UHGV virus genome: UHGV-0317024 | Strand: one strand, 5' to 3' | Length of the DNA stretch: 18,416 nucleotides | From: a virus | Shown: positions 1-7,921 of the stretch, in pieces | Numbering within the stretch: the stretch's first letter is position 1 | How the letters are laid out: each line of letters starts with the position of its first letter | Position numbers and translations under genes: made by a program | The notes under the pieces: model-generated | The model's database searches: none | What the model was told of the DNA's origin: nothing | The model's input: only the letters and a program-made list of their open reading frames with translations

Positions 1-1
1 A

Positions 2-382
2 AAATACAACGTAGAATACATCGGTATTGATGCCACCGGCCTCGGTGTCGGCGTGTTCCAGCTCGTGCGCTCGTTCTATCCTGCCGCGCGCGATATCCGC
101 TACACGCCGGAAATGAAAACCGCAATGGTGCTCAAGGCCAAAGACGTTATCCGCCGTGGCTGTCTGGAATATGACGTCAGCGCCACCGACATCACCAGCT
201 CGTTTATGGCTATCCGCAAGACCATGACCAGCAGCGGACGCAGCGCCACGTATGAGGCCAGCCGCAGCGAGGAAGCCAGCCACGCCGACCTCGCCTGGGC
301 GACCATGCACGCCCTGTTAAATGAGCCACTCACCGCCGGTATCAGCACCCCGCTGACATCCACCATTCTGGAGTTTTACTGA
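2..382 (+). CDS. P: Terminase large (ATPase) subunit, C-terminal part; 5' end lies outside the window
   Basis: Reading frame is open from nt 2 (no stop) to TGA at 380-382, so the listed 53..382 ORF is only the tail of a longer gene. Stop overlaps the portal start codon in a TGATG junction. Call rests on position directly upstream of the portal gene and next to cos, as in the P2 P-Q operon; I do not recall the P2 gpP sequence itself. Confidence 0.7.
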   Translation, partial: KYNVEYIGIDATGLGVGVFQLVRSFYPAARDIRYTPEMKTAMVLKAKDVIRRGCLEYDVSATDITSSFMAIRKTMTSSGRSATYEASRSEEASHADLAWATMHALLNEPLTAGISTPLTSTILEFY

Positions 383-1416
383 TGAGCAAGAAAAAAGGGA
401 AAACACAGCAACCTGCGGCAAAAAAAATGACCGCCAGCGCCCCGAAAATGGAGGCATTCACCTTTGGTGAACCGGTACCGGTACTCGACCGCCGTGACAT
501 TCTGGATTACGTCGAGTGCATCAGTAACGGCAGATGGTATGAGCCACCGGTCAGCTTTACCGGTCTGGCAAAAAGCCTGCGTGCTGCCGTACATCACAGC
601 TCACCGATTTACGTCAAACGTAATATTCTGGCTTCAACGTTTATTCCGCACCCGTGGCTTTCCCAGCAGGATTTCAGCCGCTTTGTGCTGGATTTTCTGG
701 TGTTCGGTAATGCGTTTCTGGAAAAGCGTTACAGCACCACCGGTAAGGTCATCAGACTGGAAACCTCACCGGCAAAATATACCCGCCGTGGCGTGGAGGA
801 GGATGTTTACTGGTGGGTGCCGTCCTTCAACGAGCCGACAGCCTTCGCGCCCGGCTCCGTGTTTCACCTGCTGGAGCCGGATATTAATCAGGAGCTGTAC
901 GGCCTGCCGGAATATCTCAGCGCCCTTAATTCTGCCTGGCTGAATGAGTCGGCCACGCTGTTCCGCCGCAAGTATTACGAAAACGGCGCTCATGCCGGAT
1001 ATATCATGTACGTCACCGATGCCGTGCAGGATCGCAACGATATCGAAATGCTTCGCGAAAACATGGTCAAGTCGAAAGGCCGCAACAACTTTAAAAATCT
1101 GTTTCTCTATGCCCCGCAGGGGAAAGCCGACGGCATTAAAATTATCCCGCTCAGTGAAGTGGCAACGAAGGACGATTTTTTTAATATCAAAAAAGCCAGC
1201 GCCGCTGACCTGCTGGACGCGCACCGCATCCCCTTTCAGCTGATGGGTGGCAAGCCGGAAAACGTCGGGTCGCTGGGCGATATTGAGAAAGTGGCAAAGG
1301 TCTTTGTCCGCAATGAGCTTATCCCGCTACAGGACAGGATCCGCGAGATAAACGACTGGCTCGGTCAGGAGGTCATCCGCTTTAAAAACTACTCACTGGA
1401 CACTGACAACGGCTGA
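382..1416 (+). CDS. Q: Capsid portal protein (gpQ-like), 344 aa
   Basis: 344-aa ORF, same length as P2 gpQ; coupled to the upstream gene by ATG overlapping its stop; ends about 170 bp before the cos site, as in P2. Confidence 0.85.
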   Translation: MSKKKGKTQQPAAKKMTASAPKMEAFTFGEPVPVLDRRDILDYVECISNGRWYEPPVSFTGLAKSLRAAVHHSSPIYVKRNILASTFIPHPWLSQQDFSRFVLDFLVFGNAFLEKRYSTTGKVIRLETSPAKYTRRGVEEDVYWWVPSFNEPTAFAPGSVFHLLEPDINQELYGLPEYLSALNSAWLNESATLFRRKYYENGAHAGYIMYVTDAVQDRNDIEMLRENMVKSKGRNNFKNLFLYAPQGKADGIKIIPLSEVATKDDFFNIKKASAADLLDAHRIPFQLMGGKPENVGSLGDIEKVAKVFVRNELIPLQDRIREINDWLGQEVIRFKNYSLDTDNG

Positions 1417-1421
1417 ACATC

Positions 1422-1444
1422 GCCGCCTGCGGGCGGCTTTTTTA
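1422..1444 (+). terminator. Rho-independent terminator of the P-Q packaging operon
   Basis: Perfect 6-bp GC stem GCCGCC(1422-1427)/GGCGGC(1432-1437) with TGCG loop, followed by T-run 1438-1444, 6 nt after the Q stop codon. Confidence 0.7.
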
Positions 1445-1585
1445 CATCCCGTCATCACGCCCTCACACGCTCACCACCGCACAAAACAGCCCGCAGGCAA
1501 ACCAACGCCTCAACGGACAGACTAAGCGCCGTCACGACGCGCTGAGACGCTGAAAAAATAAAATCAGCACCACCGCCAGCGCGCA

Positions 1586-1604
1586 GTGCTTTCCCCGCCT
1601 CGCC
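1586..1604. other. cos site, 19-nt cohesive end of P2 type
   Basis: Plus strand GTGCTTTCCCCGCCTCGCC is the exact reverse complement of the P2 cohesive end GGCGAGGCGGGGAAAGCAC as I recall it; it sits between Q and the replication side, as in P2. Confidence 0.8.
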
Positions 1605-1718
1605 CGCCCGCTTCATGGGGCGGTTTTAATGCAGTTGCATAGATACTATGGATCCGCACCAGTCCTGACCGCACGCAGCCTGAACGGACATCCCCGACGC
1701 ATGCAAAAACATTCACTT

Positions 1719-1730
1719 GTTGCATGCAAC
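1719..1730. promoter_or_regulatory. Perfect 12-bp palindrome GTTGCATGCAAC upstream of the first cargo gene; candidate operator
   Basis: Perfect dyad read from sequence; a further GCATGCA copy at 1700-1706; lies about 110 bp upstream of the 1843 start codon in an AT-rich leader. Confidence 0.25.
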
Positions 1731-1842
1731 GGCTTATTTAATGACAAATCAACTTAAATTTACAAAATCCACAGGTATGGATACTTTGCGAACATGATAG
1801 GCTTACGAGAATTATCGAGCCTATTTTTGACCGGAGCAATGT

Positions 1843-2784
1843 ATGCAAGGTAAAGTTGACGAACAGCAATCCAATGATATTGAAGCTGAGTTTGGATACT
1901 ATCCAGTAGAAGTTAACGTTGAAACTGATGATTTTTCTTTACTTACTTTACCCGGTCTGGCGGAAAAAACAAATCTTATAAACAATCACAGAAATGTTAT
2001 TAACGGTTGGATATACCCAGGAAACCAAGAAGTATATAACCTCAATGGAGGCATATCCACAATGCCTTTTAGCCAACGAGTATTTGGCTTACCCAAAACA
2101 CACTCACTAAAATTAAAAAATACATCTTCACTAGAAACTCTCAATTTTGCTGTGTGGTGTCTGTCTTTTTTCAAAGGGATAAGATTAACAACTACTGATG
2201 CCGGTTTTTTAGACGCAACCCCAATAAAACCCAGCAAATTAACTGACTTTATTCTGGTCAAGTGCTCTGAAAAAGAGGTTATAGAATTAGCACTCAAATA
2301 CATGTCTAGCGAGACAAAAACCAAACACGCACCAATAAATATAGCAGCAATAGTGCATGCACTATTTTTATCCCAAAACCCACAATACCTTAGCTTCGAA
2401 AAATTCCAGTATCTTTACATGGCACTGGATAGTTGCTTTGCTTTAACATGGGCAGAAAAGAACAAGTGTACAGAAAAGACTCTAAATCACTCCAGGCGCT
2501 TGAAGTGGATCTGCAAAACTTATGGAATACCACGACCATCATGGGTTACAGGCAAAAAAAACATTACAAACATCCGCAATGAAAACTTTCATGAAGCTAT
2601 GTTTCATGGTCAACCACTTGGCTTTACCACTATTAACAATTATCAATATGGAGATGACATATTACAACAAATGCAGGCTTTAATTTGCCGATTACTCGTT
2701 GCGATTCTTGGTGTTAACGCCCCCGATTACATCACATCGAACGTGAACTCTCGTGAATATCATTCACTAACATTAAAAATATAA
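1843..2784 (+). CDS. Hypothetical protein, 313 aa, AT-rich cargo gene; function unknown (weak HEPN-like Rx4H motif at residues 245-250)
   Basis: Long ORF with SD GGAG (1833-1836) 6 nt before ATG. Codon usage is strongly AT-biased compared with flanking phage genes. No Walker or other clear catalytic motif recognised. R245-N-E-N-F-H250 fits Rx4H but that alone is not diagnostic. Confidence 0.6.
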   Translation: MQGKVDEQQSNDIEAEFGYYPVEVNVETDDFSLLTLPGLAEKTNLINNHRNVINGWIYPGNQEVYNLNGGISTMPFSQRVFGLPKTHSLKLKNTSSLETLNFAVWCLSFFKGIRLTTTDAGFLDATPIKPSKLTDFILVKCSEKEVIELALKYMSSETKTKHAPINIAAIVHALFLSQNPQYLSFEKFQYLYMALDSCFALTWAEKNKCTEKTLNHSRRLKWICKTYGIPRPSWVTGKKNITNIRNENFHEAMFHGQPLGFTTINNYQYGDDILQQMQALICRLLVAILGVNAPDYITSNVNSREYHSLTLKI

Positions 2785-2799
2785 AACGACTAAAAATAC

Positions 2800-2825
2800 T
2801 CTCCAGTAACAATAAGTACTGGAGA
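2800..2825. terminator. Hairpin between convergent cargo genes; possible bidirectional terminator
   Basis: 9-bp perfect stem TCTCCAGTA(2800-2808)/TACTGGAGA(2817-2825) with 8-nt loop, between the stop of the 313-aa gene (2784) and the stop of the minus-strand 199-aa gene (2867). The flanking T-tracts are weak. Confidence 0.4.
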
Positions 2826-2866
2826 TGTATTATCACTAAAACCAATAAAAAATCACAACTAATGCT

Positions 2867-3466
2867 TTACTTAGATAGTTTGTCTTTAATTATATTCAGA
2901 ACACCAATTATTAATTCACTGATTGGCGTGGCCAACTCAATAGTATTAGATGTCGACTTTGTTCTAAAGTCTTTATCTGTCGGGTGTTGAAATGCTGATT
3001 TAAGAAGAGTCAAAAGCAAAGTTAAACCCACACCAAGGATGAATGCAACAATAGCTATTAGAGAACTGGCCGATAACCAATCGGTGGATAAACCAGAAAT
3101 AGATTTTCTAACTTTATTAGTGTCTGAAGATGGTGTTATCCTCTCATCAGCCATCTTCGGATCCGAAGATAAAGCAGAACATTTTTCTGCTGAAACACAA
3201 GTTTGTGTATCTACTTTTTGTGTTATCGCTGCGGCAATACTGCTTTTCGCTTCCAGCAAGCCATTTCCAACAGCCAAAGCAAAGTTAAGCCCCTGCCATA
3301 GAAATGTACAAGCAAAACAAAGCACAACGGCAGAGAGCACTAATCGCATACTTCTACGCTCTATACCATCCCGTCTATCTCGCCTTATAAGGATATCAGG
3401 ATCTAAATCGCCCTTAGGAGTGGTTCCTTGCTCTGGGGACTGTCCAGATAAATCAATATCAGCCAT
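2867..3466 (-). CDS. Predicted membrane protein with two transmembrane helices, 199 aa; function unknown
   Basis: Two hydrophobic segments (about residues 40-67 and 130-155) separated by a Ser/Thr-rich hydrophilic loop; charged N-terminal 39 residues. AT-rich. Lies downstream of and co-oriented with the ImmA-like gene. No strong SD at the first ATG. Confidence 0.55.
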   Translation of the reverse strand: MADIDLSGQSPEQGTTPKGDLDPDILIRRDRRDGIERRSMRLVLSAVVLCFACTFLWQGLNFALAVGNGLLEAKSSIAAAITQKVDTQTCVSAEKCSALSSDPKMADERITPSSDTNKVRKSISGLSTDWLSASSLIAIVAFILGVGLTLLLTLLKSAFQHPTDKDFRTKSTSNTIELATPISELIIGVLNIIKDKLSK

Positions 3467-3505
3467 AAAAAAATCACCCTTACATGTACAAACGTAAAGG
3501 TGATT
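3467..3505 (-). terminator. Hairpin plus U-tract immediately upstream of the 2-TM gene start; candidate attenuator or terminator
   Basis: On the minus strand an ~11-bp stem (one G-U pair) with a 12-nt loop is followed by seven U (plus-strand A-run 3467-3473), directly abutting the ATG at 3466. Confidence 0.45.
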
Positions 3506-3532
3506 TTAAACAGGTTAAAAGTTAAAGGCTAA

Positions 3533-4018
3533 TTAATAAGCCATTCCTAAGCTCTTTAAGCGCCAATGCATAGCGGCTTCTGATACATTAAAGATGCTTG
3601 CTAATCTCAAAGTGCTATCAATACCTTCTCTGGATACCAATTGACGTATAGCAGACTCAGGCATTAACAACTCAGCAGCAAACTTGTTTGCTTCAACCTC
3701 ACGGTAATCACGAGCACCTGTTGAATAATTCCCGACATTATCCCGATGGTACTCTCCGTCCTGGGTATGCCCCAGCACATGATGACCTAACTCGTGTGCA
3801 ACAGTAAAACGTTGACGATTAGAATGTTCACTAGAATCAAAATAAATCCTATGGACACCCTTTTTGATGACAGCCAGACCGCTTAACCCATCGTTGTTAT
3901 AAGCCGATTCCTCAAGTGCTTCAACACGAGCACCCCACGCTTTAGCAAGCTTAAACGGATCGACAGGTAGTCGGCGATCCCAATAGCGGTCAAGCAGTTT
4001 TTTAGCTGCATAGCTCAT
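3533..4018 (-). CDS. ImmA/IrrE-family zinc metallopeptidase-like protein (HEXXH), 161 aa
   Basis: HELGH motif at residues 75-79 (nt 3782-3796) in the context FTVAHELGHHVLGH, with downstream EVEANKFAAELLMPE typical of the ImmA/IrrE (DUF955) fold. Strong SD AGGAGG 5 nt upstream of the ATG. AT-rich cargo. Confidence 0.8.
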   Translation of the reverse strand: MSYAAKKLLDRYWDRRLPVDPFKLAKAWGARVEALEESAYNNDGLSGLAVIKKGVHRIYFDSSEHSNRQRFTVAHELGHHVLGHTQDGEYHRDNVGNYSTGARDYREVEANKFAAELLMPESAIRQLVSREGIDSTLRLASIFNVSEAAMHWRLKSLGMAY

Positions 4019-4660
4019 GGTTGCCTCCTACGTTAAAAAAGTTAAGTATGCACAGCCATATCACAGTTGTTATTTTATGTCAAGGCTGTTTTTCAGCCAT
4101 TACTATAACACTAATCCACGTTTTCCCATAACATTTTCGACATCATATATGCATTCAGTTCTGCATATAGAGCTTATCTTTGCTGATAACACGAGATGAA
4201 TACGCGCAACCAGCCCACGATTTATAAAAAACCTTATAAATCAGAATATTGAGTTAAAAAAACACTAACTACTTGCGCAGCGAGTTGTTAAACCTCAGCG
4301 ATACTAAAAGAAAATTTCAGAGTCACCGAAGTTTCCACAGAAAACGCAACTTAATGATTTTATTGGAATTTATGTCGCTATTTTTAATTACTTGTTTAAA
4401 TCCGCCATATTGAAACTGTGCATTTCTAGCCACTCACAACTTTAAAAAATTTACATTGCTTTCAAGACCTTATCATCCGTAGTCTCTGCTTTTTACTTTG
4501 AGCTATATCAAAAAAAGCTCAAACATCCTTGATGCAAAACCAGTATTACACAACATAAAATGCAACCAGAAACAACGACATACTATATGTTGTGTTGTTC
4601 AGGTCCTCTGTTCGGTGATATGCCAGATCACTTTGCGTTTAAACAGAGCATTATTTCAGG

Positions 4661-4674
4661 GCAAGACTTCGCTC
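4661..4674 (+). repeat. Direct repeat copy 1, GCAAGACTTCGCTC
   Basis: Exact 14-nt match to 4925-4938; each copy is followed within 3-25 nt by AGTCACTC. Confidence 0.6.
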
Positions 4675-4739
4675 AATAGTCACTCCGCCTTAGAAGCGCA
4701 TATATCGGCGGAAATTGCCCTCTGCTTACAGGAGGCGAT

Positions 4740-4853
4740 ATGAAGAAGTGCTATTACTGCATTCTCGTTCTGGCCCTCTTTGGCTATCCATATGGTAGTC
4801 CGAGTGGTTTGTCAGTAAACGTCAGTAATATCCATGTAAGTATTTTTCTTTAG
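4740..4853 (+). CDS. Candidate small hydrophobic peptide, 37 aa (MKKCYYCILVLALFGYPYGSPSGLSVNVSNIHVSIFL)
   Basis: Not in the supplied ORF track. Canonical SD AGGAGG (4730-4735) 4 nt before ATG 4740; stop TAG 4851-4853; followed 18 nt later by a terminator; hydrophobic Cys/Tyr-rich N-terminus. Confidence 0.3.
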   Translation: MKKCYYCILVLALFGYPYGSPSGLSVNVSNIHVSIFL

Positions 4854-4861
4854 TATGCTTC

Positions 4862-4895
4862 AAACAAAAAAACCACCTGCCAGGGTGGTTTTTTT
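4862..4895. terminator. Bidirectional rho-independent terminator
   Basis: Stem CCACCT(4873-4878)/GGGTGG(4883-4888, one G-U pair), flanked by A-run 4862-4872 and T-run 4889-4895. Can terminate the small plus-strand ORF and minus-strand transcription leaving gene A. Confidence 0.65.
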
Positions 4896-4924
4896 GCGCC
4901 CGTCATCAATCCGATGAAAGACTA

Positions 4925-4938
4925 GCAAGACTTCGCTC
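4925..4938 (+). repeat. Direct repeat copy 2, GCAAGACTTCGCTC
   Basis: Exact 14-nt match to 4661-4674. Confidence 0.6.
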
Positions 4939-5155
4939 GAGATGAATTATGCTTCGACATAAAGTCACTCGCAATGGTTTTATTAACCGAAATAGATGCT
5001 CTTTTATGACTCGAATCAAATAGCTGCCTTCAATTACATGCTAACGATTCAATACAATTTAGCCTTCTGATTCAACACGCTATTGCTCCTCATCTACCTT
5101 AGAGGTGTTTCGCATAATCCATTCAAAGACATATAAAATCACGCTGTATTTTTAC

Positions 5156-7432
5156 TCAAATGGGTAACAAAAATCCCGGCCAATCATCAGCGACCTGATA
5201 AGTGAAAGGTTTCCCGTCATAATTTACGGTCGCGCCACGCGCCAGCGCCTCAAGCTCCCATCGTTGCGGCCTGATACCGTTCTGAGCGAGATCAACGCGG
5301 ATACGGGTAATTTGCAATCGTTCCGACCGGGTCAGTCTGGCCGATGGTGCAATTTCATGCGGTTTTAACGGGCTTCCGTTTCTTTGCTGACGGTTTGGCG
5401 TTCTCCGGTCGTGTTTTAATGCGCCCCTGAGCGCCCTCACGACCTCCGGGTCATTCCATTCGATAACATCGTCATCAACCAGATTAAGCACTGCTGCGGC
5501 GTGCTCAGAAGGTGTGGGAGCCGGTAACGAAGTATCACCACCGGTGAGCTTTCCACAGTTATTGACAGGACTCCGAGGCGCGGCGATGCCGCTTTTTAAA
5601 GTCAAAGGCTGAACGACCGGAACTTTCGGCACAATGCGCCAGTCCGTCGTTCTGGTGATATGAATATGACGCGCGCCGAGATGCGGCGCGTAAATGCCGA
5701 CCACTCTCTCGACCTCTTCCTCGTACTCGTTAACGTCATCCGACAGACTACGGGCGACCCTGACAGTCTGACAATCGCGCGGGACATTTGCCCCACCCTG
5801 CGCGCTGATATACAGCGCAAAATCACCACTGTCTGCGGCGGCGCGTGCAGCCTCGACGCGCTCGTCAAACTCATCAGCAATGCTGACGCCGCGAGGCAAT
5901 TTGCGTAGTTCACGGTAAGCCCCCATTGTCGGCAGGCCAACCGTTTTAAATTGCGGAATGCGCCACGTTGACGCCCATGCGGTAACAGCCGCTGCAGTGT
6001 CTTTCAGCGGCCTGCCGGTGTCGTTATCGAGCTGACCATCCAGTGCATAGCCGTCGATGTTTTTTGAAATGTATTTCGCGATATATCCCGCAGCACCGCC
6101 CCGGTTAAGGTGTTTTGCCTGAAAACGGTTTCGCGCGGCTCCTCTTTCGTCGCCATCCTCTTTGAGCGCATAGCGACGCATGATTTCGATAATCTGGTTA
6201 CGCTGGCGTGGATGACAAAAAAGCATCATATGCCAGTGCGGCGTTCCGTCGTGGTGTGGCTCGACGACTCGCAAACCGTAGACCTGTAAATCATTATCCT
6301 TGAATGCCGTGCGCATCAGGCTCCAGATACGGCAGAGATAACGCTGCGCATCCTTTGGATTAAATGCCTCATCGTTCCAGCCGTGATTAAGCTGAACGGT
6401 TTTACTTTCGCCTTTTCCGACCTGACGTGTCGGGTGATACTTTGACGGCGCGGTCAGCGTGATAAACATCCCCACATCACCCTCTGCGGCGGCGTAACGC
6501 TCAATACCGGCAATGGTGTTCATCAGCTCCATCCGGCGAATTTCAGGATTAGAAATACTGCCCATCACCTTACTGATAAGGTCGATGCGCTCGCCGGTTT
6601 CCCTGTTTTCAAGGTCACACGATTTAAGAAATTCCAGATTTGCCTGGCGGCGCGCACGCACATCACGAATGGCGTGTTTACTGGCATAAGGAGAACGGTC
6701 TTTATTGACCTCCCCGACAGCTATCAGTAACGCCTCATGCCAGCGCATACGCTGGCCTTTAAGCTGATGAGTCCACCACTCATCGTTAAACAGGCGGGCA
6801 ATGGCAGAATATGCCTGCCTCGTGGTCATCTGTCCTTTACGGTATTTTTTCCAGTAGAGCGGGGAAATATTGAAAGCACGTGCAGCGCCAGCAACATGAC
6901 CATACAGGTGAGCCTGCGCCTCATCCGTAAACAGCGATTCTTTTTCACCATGCGCATCCACCCATGCATCGCAGAGTTCCTCATACATCATGAAAAGCTG
7001 CGATGAGATACGGGCGGCAAACTTTTTCAGCTCCTTGTCATTCATTCCCGGCAGGCGCGCATAGTGGTCACGCTCTGCCAGAAACAGCAACGACGCGTCG
7101 GTGTTCATTTCATGGCGCTGATTCACACGCTCAATGCGCGGCCATAAACGACGCTGAAAAGTAGATGTGAGGAAATAAAACCCGTGCACCGGGCTTTTAT
7201 TGCGCCGGATGTAGTCATAGCGTGAAGTAAACAGCGAGCGCAAAAAGTAAGGCAGGCGGTTAATCGTGGATAAAACACCTTGCACCTGACGCATCTCGTC
7301 ACGTGTAAGAGGTCTTTCGCGCCCGACAGCCTCGCGTGGCGCGTTCCATGCATAAGCACCGGTAAACGCCTTACCGGTGCCTGCGGTAAATGCTGACGGA
7401 GGGACAAAACGCCCGGAGGCTTTAACGGCCAT
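5156..7432 (-). CDS. A: Rolling-circle replication initiation endonuclease (gpA-like)
   Basis: The 772-aa ORF begins at a TTG at 7474; I place the start at the ATG at 7432 (MAVKASGRFVPP...), which matches the P2 gpA N-terminus as I recall it and gives 758 aa against 761 in P2. Position downstream of the early operon is as in P2. Confidence 0.85.
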   Translation of the reverse strand: MAVKASGRFVPPSAFTAGTGKAFTGAYAWNAPREAVGRERPLTRDEMRQVQGVLSTINRLPYFLRSLFTSRYDYIRRNKSPVHGFYFLTSTFQRRLWPRIERVNQRHEMNTDASLLFLAERDHYARLPGMNDKELKKFAARISSQLFMMYEELCDAWVDAHGEKESLFTDEAQAHLYGHVAGAARAFNISPLYWKKYRKGQMTTRQAYSAIARLFNDEWWTHQLKGQRMRWHEALLIAVGEVNKDRSPYASKHAIRDVRARRQANLEFLKSCDLENRETGERIDLISKVMGSISNPEIRRMELMNTIAGIERYAAAEGDVGMFITLTAPSKYHPTRQVGKGESKTVQLNHGWNDEAFNPKDAQRYLCRIWSLMRTAFKDNDLQVYGLRVVEPHHDGTPHWHMMLFCHPRQRNQIIEIMRRYALKEDGDERGAARNRFQAKHLNRGGAAGYIAKYISKNIDGYALDGQLDNDTGRPLKDTAAAVTAWASTWRIPQFKTVGLPTMGAYRELRKLPRGVSIADEFDERVEAARAAADSGDFALYISAQGGANVPRDCQTVRVARSLSDDVNEYEEEVERVVGIYAPHLGARHIHITRTTDWRIVPKVPVVQPLTLKSGIAAPRSPVNNCGKLTGGDTSLPAPTPSEHAAAVLNLVDDDVIEWNDPEVVRALRGALKHDRRTPNRQQRNGSPLKPHEIAPSARLTRSERLQITRIRVDLAQNGIRPQRWELEALARGATVNYDGKPFTYQVADDWPGFLLPI

Positions 7433-7697
7433 ATGAGCCAAAAGCCTCTGAACAACGCTTGCTGAGTTGCTCAACCTGCGCGTTTAAATCAGCAAAAGAT
7501 TTTGCGCTTCCGGTCAGAATATCGTGATGCATCAGGCCGGAAACGAGCTGGCCTAATTTCGGGTAATAACCAACCACCGCCAGCCATTCCTGACCGGCGT
7601 TTTTACCGCTTTCCGCTCTCTTTTTCTCGTGGAGAATAAACTGAAAGCTGTCACTGGTAACGACATAACGTTCGCCAATTTCAATACGAATACTCAT
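7422..7697 (-). CDS. Early-operon hypothetical protein, 91 aa (P2 orf83 position)
   Basis: ORF with stop overlapping the A start and start overlapping the upstream gene stop (ATGA coupling); synteny with the P2 early operon. Confidence 0.6.
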   Translation of the reverse strand: MSIRIEIGERYVVTSDSFQFILHEKKRAESGKNAGQEWLAVVGYYPKLGQLVSGLMHHDILTGSAKSFADLNAQVEQLSKRCSEAFGSYGR

Positions 7698-7921
7698 GCC
7701 GTTCTCCGGTAATGTTTGTTTTTTGCTTCAAAGACTGACTGACAGGAAACACAACGCGTGGCTGACGGATAAGCCGCACGACGGGCAGCAGGTATTGGCG
7801 CGTCACACTCTTCGCAAACCAGCGCAGAAACACCGCAATGTTTTACCCTTGCCGCGTTAATCTGGCGCTCCAGTAATTCAGCCTGTTGTTCCTGAATAAA
7901 ATCCACGTTGTCCGGCATCAC
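7694..7921 (-). CDS. TraR/DksA-family C4 zinc-finger protein, 75 aa (P2 orf82 position)
   Basis: CEEC-N17-CVSC four-cysteine motif typical of TraR/DksA zinc fingers; translationally coupled to its neighbours. Confidence 0.75.
   Translation of the reverse strand: MMPDNVDFIQEQQAELLERQINAARVKHCGVSALVCEECDAPIPAARRAAYPSATRCVSCQSVFEAKNKHYRRTA

Noticed and set aside
464-1243. Plus- and minus-strand ORFs of 99-159 aa overlapping the portal gene (464..943, 766..1224, 944..1243)
   Set aside because: They lie entirely inside the portal coding region in other frames or antisense; Arg/Ser/Cys/Trp-rich translations are typical of spurious frames in GC-rich coding DNA; no RBS or synteny support.
1843-2784. 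Whether the 313-aa cargo protein is an Old or Tin homolog, as in P2
   Set aside because: No Walker A/B ATPase or TOPRIM-like motifs expected for Old, and the size differs; I have no sequence memory of Tin to compare, so it is left as an unassigned hypothetical.
4017-4199. 60-aa plus-strand ORF diverging from the ImmA-like gene start
   Set aside because: It begins inside the promoter and RBS region of the ImmA-like gene, has no SD, and an aromatic-rich product typical of AT-rich non-coding DNA.
4498-4743. 81-aa plus-strand ORF in the AT-rich spacer
   Set aside because: No RBS before its ATG and a low-complexity Cys/Gln-rich product; its 3' end covers the SD and start of the better-supported 37-aa ORF at 4740.
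5602-7455. Internal ORFs within gene A (5602..5940 minus, 5660..5908 plus, 6737..7006 plus, 7123..7455 minus)
   Set aside because: All are embedded in the gpA coding region in alternative frames or strands; no independent evidence.
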